From Octopus sinensis (Eukaryota), in the NCBI RefSeq assembly GCF_006345805.1, contig NC_043005.1, positions 37,262,001-37,326,000 on the forward strand: a DNA stretch of 64,000 nucleotides, in the 5' to 3' direction. Shown piece by piece: positions 53,880-64,000 of this stretch; position 1 is the first letter of the stretch; every line of letters begins with the position of its first letter. The position numbers were made by a program, and so were the translations under genes. The notes under the pieces were generated by a model. The model did no database searches, was not told the DNA's origin, and saw only the letters and a list, made by a program, of their open reading frames with translations.

Positions 53880-54644
53880 TTTCTACTACATGCACAAGGC
53901 CTGAAACTTTTGATGGAGGAAGCTAGTCGATTACATCAATCCCAGGGCTCAACTGGTGTACATTTTATCAACCTCAGAAAGATGAGAGACAAAGTTGGCC
54001 TTGCAAAAATTTGTACTCAGAATGTAAAGACAAAGGAAATTTGGTTAAACATTTTGCCCAGGTTGCTGACAATTTTGCCAGCTTGTTGCTTTTAATAATG
54101 GCTTAAAACTTTAGCACAGAGCCAGCAGTTTTGAAAGGCAGCAGACGTTGATTGCATTGAGCCCAGTACTCGAATGGTACTTATATTATCAACCCCGAAA
54201 GGATGAAGAGCACAGTTGGCCTTGGCAGGATTTGAGCTCAACATAAAGAGCCAAAAGAACTGCAACAAAGCATTTTATCTGACATAACTCTGTAACTCTT
54301 AAATTGGTTTCAGCTCAAGAGTTGCAGCCATGCTGGAGTATCACCATTAATGACATGCTAATGATTCTGCCAGATTGCTGCTTTAATAATACTAATAATA
54401 ATAATAACAATAATAAAACTAATAATCCTTTCTACTATAGGCACAAGGCCTGAAATTTTGGGGAGGGGTATAGTTGATTACATCGACCCCCAGTACTCAA
54501 CTGGAACTTAATTCATCGTCCCCGAAAGGATGCCACGCAAAGTCAACCTTGGAAGAATTTGAAATCATAACATAAAGACAGGTGAAATACTGCTAAGCAT
54601 TTCACCTGGCGTGCTAGCGTTTCTGCCAGTTTGCCCTCTTAATG

Positions 54645-54698
<54 letters not shown>

Positions 54699-54932
54699 GT
54701 AATAATAATAATAATGATAATGGTTTCAAATTTTGCCACAAGGGAAGCTTTTTTGTGGGAGGGGATGAGTCGATTACATTGACCCCAGTGTTCAACTAGT
54801 ACTTATTTTATCAATCCCGAAGGGACGAAAGGCAAAGTCAATTTTGGAAGAATTTGAACTCAGAACGTAAAGACAAACGAAATGACGCTAGGCATTTTTG
54901 CCCTGTGTAGTAACGATTCTTCCAACTCGTAG
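53880..54932 (-). mobile_element. Second head-to-tail cluster of family B SINEs (4 full copies plus a fragment), minus strand, spaced by (AAT)n
   Basis: Copies near 53880-54075, 54100-54260, 54425-54630 and 54720-54930. Confidence 0.8.
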
Positions 54933-56818
54933 CCTAATAATAATAATAATGATAATAATAATAATAATGATGATAATGATAATAATATAAATATAAAAAA
55001 TTGAATAACCAAGTTTTTTTGCAATGATCGGTGTCCTGTATTTTACTAATTTAAAATTTTTTGCTCTTACTTTTTTTCAACAATGTTTGTTATAGGTTGG
55101 GTACTTCTCCAAATTTTAGATGTGCATATGAATTATTGCTGTATATATTGACATATTAACTGATCTTGCTACTACTAATCACCCATCCATGAAAATCTAT
55201 CTGACAAGTTCAATCATTTTCCTTGATTAAGTGCAACTAGATTAATTATAGAAAAGTTTGAACTAATTAAAGTAAAGAGTTTAAAACTGACCCTAACAAC
55301 TTTTAAACTTTTATACCTCCATAAATACATGCGCATTTGCATATTAAAATATTTTACATTTATTTTTCCATGCTAGCATGAGTTGGATGGGTTTTCAAAT
55401 GCTCATATGTCTCTATCTGTGGGTCTTAGTCTGGATGACAGCGCCTCACCACTGGGCATAATATAAGGTGACACAAAGGCAGCAAATGCCAAGGAGATAT
55501 TATGGGAGAGACACTAGGTATTTAGAGGAGTGATGATTTTTCTTAGAAATAAAATATTCAAAACAGGTAAAAGAAAAAGATGGAAAATTTCCAATGAATT
55601 TTCAAAATAAATCAGTTGATGGCATTGTATTATCAGTGATCAGAAAACATGACTTAGAATCAACCAATATGCAAATTAGCTTCTCTTTGATAAAAAAAAA
55701 ATTGATTGACACAATGTAGGCAATGTATTTCTTTTCAAACACATTGAATTTGTGTTAATCACTTTCGAAAATAATGGGAAATTTAATAAAATAACTGTCT
55801 TTATGAAGCTGGTATTCAGAACATAATTCACAAGAAATATCATCCGAAAGTTTTAGTTCACTTTAAAACAGGAAGTTGGTTTTATACAACTAGGGTTGAT
55901 CTCAATGGTTTGGTATGGGGCAGGTTACAATAATAACAGATAATTTGCCTTTTTGTAATTTTTTTTTTTTTTTCAAATCTTAGGAAGTGGGTTTCAATTG
56001 TAAAATGGTATTCCATAAAATATGGCACCAAGCTATAAATTGTGTGAATTTACTGAATAAATGTTTTTGTATGCTAATCCCTCTAACTGAGTTAATCCCT
56101 CAAACATAATGTGTTCCAAGTTCAGTCCCCACTAAAAATGGTATTTAAATAACTACAGAAGGACTATCTAGGTGGACCTAGGTCATTTAAGGTGTCAGGA
56201 ACAAATGTATCCAAACACTTGTTTGATAGGAGTTTTTCCACTGAAGATTTCAACTGTTTACTGGCCTTGTAGGGAAGTATATAAAAACACTAATAAGCAC
56301 ATGTGCAAGCATACATACCTGCTGAGAGAAATGGGCCTGCTTCATATACATAGCATCCTTCTGTGAGTGAAAAATCAATAACATTTACTTAGATTTGTTT
56401 TTCTCAAACACTCTTATATTCTCTGTAATGAAGGTAAACTTTCAGAACCATTGCCAGTCTCATTATATAAAACCCATAGGGTGGTAGATTGGCAGAATCA
56501 TTAGAGTGCTGGGCAAAATGCCTTTGTGGTATTTCTTCTCACTTTTTATGTTCTGATCTCAAATATTACAGAAGTCAACTTCACTTTCATCCCTTCTGCA
56601 GATGATAAAATGAAGTGCCATTCAAGTACTGGGGTTGGTTAAACCGAATACTATTTTTCTCAAATTCCCTTTCTTTCACCTATATTAGAAAGAACTAATT
56701 ATGCACAATACATAACATAAAGGAGTGATTGTCTTGTTCCCTACTTTACAAGAAAGTAATCACTTCAATAAATAAATAAATGTATATATATAAAAAATAC
56801 AAAATATTAATTATTGCA

Positions 56819-56851
<33 letters not shown>

Positions 56852-57597
56852 TTCGGCAAAAGTGGTGTGTTCTTATGAAATTTTTTTACCATTCATTTCT
56901 ACTTGAAAACAAAGTCAGAAAATGATGTGACATAAAAAATATTAAAAGTCATGGCATATTTTTTTGTGAGAATATAAGGAAAATTAATGCAAAAGAAGAA
57001 TCTTATTAGATAAATGTTGTATGATTCTTCTCTTTGCTGCCCTTCTATGAATGAGAGCCAATCTCGCAAAAAGTGTCACTGCATTTTTTCTCAAGAATCA
57101 TATTGCGGTCTCTGAGAGAATGTTAGAAACCATTAAGAACAAATATAAAAATTGGTAATTTCCACCTCTGTAAATTATATGATATGTGTGTTCAAGAATC
57201 TTCTCTCTCTCTCTCTCTCTCTCTCACTCACTCACACATATATACTACAGTGATGTATATTTCTATAAATGTTGTATGTAAATACACTTACACCTGTGTT
57301 TGTTTGTATGTGTGTATGTACAAGTGCATGAATATACAATGTTTATCTTCATACATACTTGAATACTTACTAAATATATAAATATATATAACACGCAGAA
57401 TCAAATCTGAAGAATTGCTGACCATAATTATTCTTCGATCTTCCTCCAAGATGTCAAAGAGACAAAGTGTCTGATAAGAAACACATAAAACTGTTGTAGT
57501 AGCATTGGTATGAGTATTAGTATGAGTAGATGTAATTTATCAATAGTTCCTTTGAAGTGTCATAAACTAATGTATACATTTATATGTTATATCTATC

Positions 57598-57646
<49 letters not shown>

Positions 57647-60122
57647 TATAAGAACATAAGGACTGGTCTTGTGCTTAATGTAATATAAAATTTCCTCTCC
57701 TTTATCTCTTCAGAGACAACACAAGAAAGGGGTTATACAAATCCTTTCCTTGTATCCACATTTACACTTATCTGATAGAAAGCTTGTATTTTATGACAGC
57801 AGTTAAGAATCATGACTAAAAGGCTGTGTTCATCATTATATTCACATAAAAAGTAATTATCGGTGATTTTAGGCTATATTTTGTTGTTTTGAAAGTGAAG
57901 AAAAATGACTTCCGTGTGTTCAGCCTTTACAGTCTGTCACATAAATATACATGTTGGTGTTACTTTATTTTATATGCATTCTTTGTTAAAACTTCACTAA
58001 TTGCAATATATTTAGCAAAGATGTGATACATTAGAATGCAGCATAGTCTATCCATATCTAAAAAGACACATCTGTTCAGTTACTATTAGAAAACCACTTC
58101 CTTGAGAATAACCATCTGCTACCCACTGTTATTAACTTCTTTTCAAGTTGTTGTTTAGTATTGAGTTCTGTTTTTTTTTGTTCCTATTTTGTAATTTTCT
58201 AAACTTTTGATTGTCTTATGAAATTGTTTGGTAAGCATTGCTTGAGCCATTGGCCATTCCATCTTTCTTAGAATCTCTTCAATCTGTTAATAATGGAAAA
58301 TAAGATGTAAAACTGGTTTAGCTCCAGTCAAAAATATTTTCGACAATCTGTAATATTCCTTGAAATGTTTATGTATCACCATTCTTCCTTTCAGTGAAGA
58401 AATTATAAGCTATTTATTGAAGAATTAATTGATTTTAAGATGTATTTGTGTTGCCAGCATTAAGCTGTTTTTCCAACATTGTTACCATTAAGAGCTGTTT
58501 ACAATTTCTTCTCATTGCATTATATCAAGCTTCACAATGTACACACCAAGTTCCTCTTTCCTGTGTTACAAACAATAATTGATAGTTTTATTTTTGGTTG
58601 TGTCTGTTCATTTGATATGTATACACTACATATCTCACAAGTTCATACAAAAGCTATATTACATCACTGATTATATATCACCTCCAAATCAAGAGAAGAA
58701 GAGAATAGTTTGTTATAAATGTAAAAGTACCTTGCTACAATAGCTTACTCATTAAAATAAAATTCATTAGATTTAATTTTTACATTTGTTTTCCACTTAA
58801 CCCCACACTTTGGTTTGTTTCATCTTGGATTGTTATGTGTTGAATTCTGAAAGCAAAAATTTCCAAAATTGAAAATGAGTTGGTAGGTTCCTTTGCATGC
58901 AGGCTTCTCTCAGTATCTGCCAACCAAATTCACCCTCAACGTTTTGGTTGGCCTGAAACTGCAGTAGAAATCATTTTCCCAAAGTAACATACAACGGAAC
59001 TGAACCTAAAACCATGTGATTAGGAAGCAAACATCTTAACCATGGCCATGCTGGTTATTTTTATATGTTTGATATATATTTAATAACTTGTTTTTTAGGC
59101 TTCTCTCTAACATCTTTTCATCATCCTTTCTTCCTTTACTGTTGTTGTTTAACAGAATGAAACTTAAAGAGTATGAGGCAAGATGAAGCATTGATGATCA
59201 AGTAGATTAGTTGAAGACTTAGCAGTTGTGTTGCTGTTACAAGATCATATTGTTGATCTTAGGCTTCACAGATATTTTGAGAAAAGACAGATGATACAAA
59301 CGAGAAAAATGCAGTGAATCTTAAGAAGTAAATAATACATATAGTGATACTGACTATAATGTTAGGTAGTTGGTTTATAAAACATATTTTGTAGGAAAAC
59401 TATTGCTTTCTTTTCAATACATGTTATTTTTTGTCTGTTTTGTACCTAATTATTCTGTGAGGTTTTCTTTCTGCAATGTTTTTCAAAATATGATACACTA
59501 TTCTTTTCTGGAAGACACTGTCATCCATTCTTTCGTATTGTAAATAAATGATAATTGATTTATGATGTAATAAATACACTCTATGGAGCATTGAAAATTC
59601 TGGTAAATTCTGGATTACTTAATAATTAATAAAAATGCAACATCAAAGCTTACAATCTCTTACTTTCTGTGCCAAGTATTGGTATGATATAATTAATGTT
59701 GCCTACATCATATTAAGATGACATTGCAAAGCTGACATATTTAGGTATATGATAACTGGCAGGAAATCATAAGGTTGCCATATCTTGTCATTTGATATCT
59801 GAATTATGATATGGTACTTGCATGTAGCTCATAACTGAATTGTGTTACGCAATATATATATACATACACACACACACATATTCATATATTCACACAAATA
59901 TATACAGATATATATTATCATATATATATCAGTATATACATATATATATATGTGTGTGTGTGTCTGTGTAGGTTTGTATATAGTATGCATATGTATATAG
60001 TATGTACGTATATCTATATGTGTGTATATATATAAATATATATAGGTATGTGTAACTATATATATGTAAATGGGTAAGTGTGTGTGTATGTATATGTATA
60101 TACATATAATCATATGTGTGTA

Positions 60123-60172
<50 letters not shown>

Positions 60173-60379
60173 TAAAAATCATGTTTGTTTGTGTGTATGT
60201 AATATATGTGTATGTGTGTGCATGTCTCTATATTATCTTCTACCTATCTATCAGCACATGCACATACACACACATAAACTTGTTTGACATTAAATAATAA
60301 AATATGAAACTATATAGTAATGATAATTCACAAGACTTAATTTCAGTTTATAATATGAACTAAGAATGATATATTTTCA

Positions 60380-60810
60380 CCAAATCCAATGTTAGTTTTC
60401 ATACATTTCTATGTTCCTTTCTTTACCTTTTCTCTCCTATTTACCTTTATACCATACTTCTTTAACTTTTCTTATAGGTTCACTGCTCTGTTCTCATTTT
60501 TACTTAGATTTTTCTTCTTTCAATTTTTTTCATCTCACTCTATCAAACTTTTTCATTTATTTACTTTCTCATCTTACATTTTCTTTCCATTTTATTTATT
60601 CTTCTCTTTTTCTCCCCTATTCTATTTTCACTATTTTTTCTTTTGTGACTTATCTTTCTCTGTTTTCCTTTCTTTTAATATTTCCTTTCTATTTTTACAT
60701 TTTACCTTTTCTTTCTCTTTAAGAATTGTTTTATTCAATATCCAATATTTTCTTCATTTTTCATTTCTTGTCCAGTTTCCCTCTTCCTATTTTACTCTCT
60801 CTTACCTTCA
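60380..60810. repeat. T/C-rich low-complexity tract
   Basis: Source of the spurious F-rich ORFs 60389-60850 and 60411-60722. Confidence 0.85.
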
Positions 60811-61040
60811 AATAAACAAACAAAAAAAGTACGTCAAATTCCATCTGTGACAGACTATCCCCTTATGGGGTCATCAAGGATTATTGTATGCTAATAATTA
60901 ATGATAGCAGCTGCCAGATCCTTTCTTTCCATTATATTTCTCATGCATCAAAGACAGGGGCACATTTTACCTCTATTACTGATGCAACAGACTTATCTAT
61001 TTGTTTCACTGTGGCATTGCACTGTACTCCTCTGTTGCAT

Positions 61041-61229
61041 TGTTATAACATCCACTCTTATACAGCAGTATAGTTAGTTAGACAAGTAAGATCACAACTA
61101 TCTATGGCCATCTATTTTGTACTCCCTCCTGACACTGACAGATAGTATTTATAATGACTAGCACATACCACTCATCATGTGGGAGGGGTGTACCATTATC
61201 ACTATCATCCCTATAACATCTCTCCTTTT
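61041..61229 (-). mobile_element. Putative 3' LTR with polypurine tract of the Gypsy relic
   Basis: Minus strand: PPT-like AAAAGGAGAGA (61219-61229) directly before TGTTATA (61218), internal TATAAATA, and TATAACA ending at 61041. No matching 5' LTR seen. Confidence 0.4.
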
Positions 61230-61374
61230 AAGTTTTTCTTTTTTTTCTTAGGGAGTGTAATTTTGTTTTTTTTAATAGCAATAATTTTTACATTACCTCA
61301 CTTCCCTTTTTTGAGTCTTTTTGTTTTACAGTTATACATTTGATATTATTTTCATTCGTTGTCAGAAACTTCTT

Positions 61375-61650
61375 CCAATCTATGGAATTTTTTCTCACTG
61401 AATATGATTGCCAACACTTCCTTTTCTATCTGGCTATAGTTCTTTCAGCTGGTAATAACAATCATGATACTTTGGCTATAGTCTTTTCATTCCCATCATC
61501 ATATTTGTGAAGAAGCATGGCCCCTACACCATAATCACTCACAAGCCAATATAATATCCATCTTTGGATCAAAATGTGTTAAAGAAAAGTTCAATTTTAA
61601 TATGTTTATTAACTTTTCAAATGCCTTCCGGCACCTATCAGTTCAGCATC
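61375..61650 (-). pseudogene. Ty3/Gypsy pol fragment: RT connection / RNase H
   Basis: Minus translation with frameshifts: TDRCRKAFEKLINILKLNFSLTHFDPKMDIILAC..SDYGVGAMLLHKYDDGNEKTIAKVS*LLLPAE..YSQIEKEVLAIIFSEKKFH. Confidence 0.9.
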
Positions 61651-61654
61651 AGTT

Positions 61655-62260
61655 TGTATTTTTCTTCAGCAAACCCTTGAGTAAATATCAGGCACTGGTG
61701 TCAATTCGTCCAGTTTGAACTTTTCACATTCTCTGTTAACTCTACCAGCATATGTAATGTAGTCTTCCTTGTTCTTTTCTAGGTTCAAACATTTCCGGTG
61801 TGTATTGAACAACGAGCTTTTACACATTGTGTCTATTGTATTTCTAAAGTTTATGTCAGAAGTTTTTTTGGGGAGTACATAATTGCTGCAATGCTCATGT
61901 TCTCCTGTTGCCAATCTTATGAAGATTAAATCTGTTTTCATATTGTCAACCCAATCATTGCACTCTTTATTGAAGATCTGTTCATATCTTCTATAGTAGG
62001 CCTCGAAGGTAACTCCCTTCGTCTGGTTCATACTTAAATTATGCCATATCTATATATATGTCATAATCTGGCGAGAACATCTTTTCAGTATATTTGGACG
62101 ACTTACTATTCATTAATTGCAGCATTTGTTGCTGTAGTAGTAATTGTTGTTGCTTCTGCTGTTGTTCTTGCAGTTGTAGCTGTTGCTGTTGTTCTTTTGG
62201 TTGTTAGTGTTGTTGCAACTCAAGCAAACCAACCAACAATTTTTCCAATTTTACGATTGG
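61655..62260 (-). pseudogene. Ty3/Gypsy (K02A2.6-like) gag fragment
   Basis: Q-rich N-terminus, FKYEPDEG/VTFEAYYRRYEQIF..EHE..NYVLPKK..SLFNT..KCLNL.K..EDYITYAGRVNRECEKF, then CLIFTQG after a frameshift (ORF 61666-62031). PBS-like tggtgacaagga at 62325-62336. Confidence 0.85.
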
Positions 62261-63444
62261 GTATACCATAAAATCTGCCCCCAAACTTTTTGTGAGTTTT
62301 GTAACTCCTTGTGAGTTTGTCAATTCCTTGTCACCACCATTGTATTTGCAATTTGCATGAATGCATTAAAAAAAAAAGGTACAGTGTTTTTAATTTGTTA
62401 CAAAATAACTTATAATCCTAAAATATTCTAATATTGGTGGACAAGGAATTCCAGAAGTGTAGGGTAATATACTAAAAAGTACTACTATATGAGTGGCTGA
62501 AGAAAGAGCAGAAAAGAAGTGACAACTGATGAACCCTACCTGACATTCTGTGATACAAATGGTACAGGAGCTAAATTTATGAAGTCTTTCAAATATTTTT
62601 GGGCAGAGTGAAATTTTCAACTTCATTTGAAAATATATAGGTAACCAATAATGTTCAATTAATGGTGGTGAAATGTGTTCACATCTGTAGAATCTTTTAA
62701 GAAATTAAACATAAATGTTTTGAATGATTTCTAACTTTTCTAGTTTTCTAGTTTTCCTCTCAAAATAGCATTTCTATAACCTATATTACAAATGATAGAA
62801 CAAGTATATATACATATATATATATATTTATATATATATATATATATATACACATTCACACACATAATGTATATACACATACAAATGTACATTTATATGT
62901 ATGTGTATATATATATATATACACACATTCACATGCATAATGTACATACATATATATATATCTAATTAAAGAAGGTGAGAAATATTTGTAACATATGCCA
63001 TATCTATATATATATGTCATAGCTAGGTGTATAAAGATGTATCTATCATATGTACAAACACACACTCACATACATACGTAGACATGGGTGTATACATATC
63101 AATATATTCATATTAAAGCCTATTTATCTACATATATATATGTGTGTGTGTGTGTGTCTGTATGAATACAACTGAATTATGTATGTCTGGCTGTGTCCGT
63201 CACACACACACACATGCTTATACACACAGTGCACAGCATGAGAAGAGAAAATCAAAATTATTAAGTTAATTAATTATTTACAAACTATTGTTATAAGAAA
63301 CGTATTTATTATCTATCCAAATTCATACATTTAACAGCTTGTAATAATGTGAGGCAGTAAATATTTAGCAGGTGGTTTTCTACCATTTCTTGTTATCAAG
63401 ATATCATAGCTAAACATGAAAATATATCTATATATTTGTGTACT

Positions 63445-63665
63445 GAGCTGGCAAAATTGTTAGCATGCAGGGCAAAATGCTTAGCTGTATTTCGTCTACC
63501 ATTATGTTGAGTTCAAATTCCACCAAGGCCAACTTTGTCTTTCATCCTTTCGAGGTTGATTAAATAAGTACCAGTTATGCACTGTCAATATAATCGACTT
63601 AACCCATTTGTCTGTTCTTGTTTGTCTCCTCTATGCTTAGCCCTGTGTGGGCAATAAAGAAATAA
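63445..63665 (+). mobile_element. SINE family B
   Basis: Colinear with 12925-13150. Confidence 0.9.
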
Positions 63666-64000
63666 ATATATTTATGTTCTCTGTTCATATGTATATTTCC
63701 TATTATGTGGTTATTTTGTAATCATGTTTGTGTATATGTGTGTATGTATGTGTGTGTTTATATATGTGTGTGTTGTATATGTGTGTGTATTATCTGTTAG
63801 GTGTCCATCGATCAGACAAAAGACACGCTGAATGTGAGTTATAGAACAATTATATTTTTACATATGTCATAGCAACTATGCATAGAAATTATAAACAATA
63901 AACAAAAATATAATTTTACTTGGTTAATATATTTATTTTGAAATAAGGGAAGTTGTTACAAGATATGTCTAATATTTTAAAGAATTTCACCAATATAACA

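Noticed and set aside
53226-54932. Repeat-spacer appearance resembling a CRISPR array
   Set aside because: Units are long, diverged SINEs and the spacers are microsatellites; eukaryotic context with no cas genes.
60389-60850. 153-aa hydrophobic F/S/L ORF resembling a membrane protein (also 3278-3622 and 33294-33518)
   Set aside because: T/C low-complexity tract; the hydrophobicity comes from TTT/TCT/CTT codons.

Overview
AT-rich, CpG-poor, repeat-dense eukaryotic DNA whose SINE families and microsatellite load resemble an octopod cephalopod (Octopus-like) intron or intergenic region; the taxon is inferred from recalled repeat sequences, not a database search. I find no host protein-coding gene that I can support. 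Nearly all ORFs in the track are translations of (AT)n, (AC)n, (AAT)n, (TATC)n or pyrimidine tracts. Real coding signal is limited to decayed transposon relics: a Ty3/Gypsy Gag+RNase H deletion derivative (~61.0-62.3 kb), a Penelope-like GIY-YIG endonuclease (~50.3-50.7 kb), two RTE-type LINE 3' ends and an R4/Dong-like LINE 3' end. Several tRNA-headed or LINE-tailed SINE families and hAT, mariner and piggyBac-type MITEs are also present. The most interesting signals are: (1) small, mutually unrelated elements, two of them fold-backs, that each carry a minimal type I hammerhead-ribozyme-like core (191-236/327-369, 20715-20792, 39117-39152, with a decayed one near 17.6 kb); (2) other long palindromes; and (3) polarised head-to-tail SINE arrays spaced by trinucleotide (mostly AAT) microsatellites, next to an R4/Dong-like relic. 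Repeat boundaries were read by eye and are approximate unless exact arms or TSDs are given.
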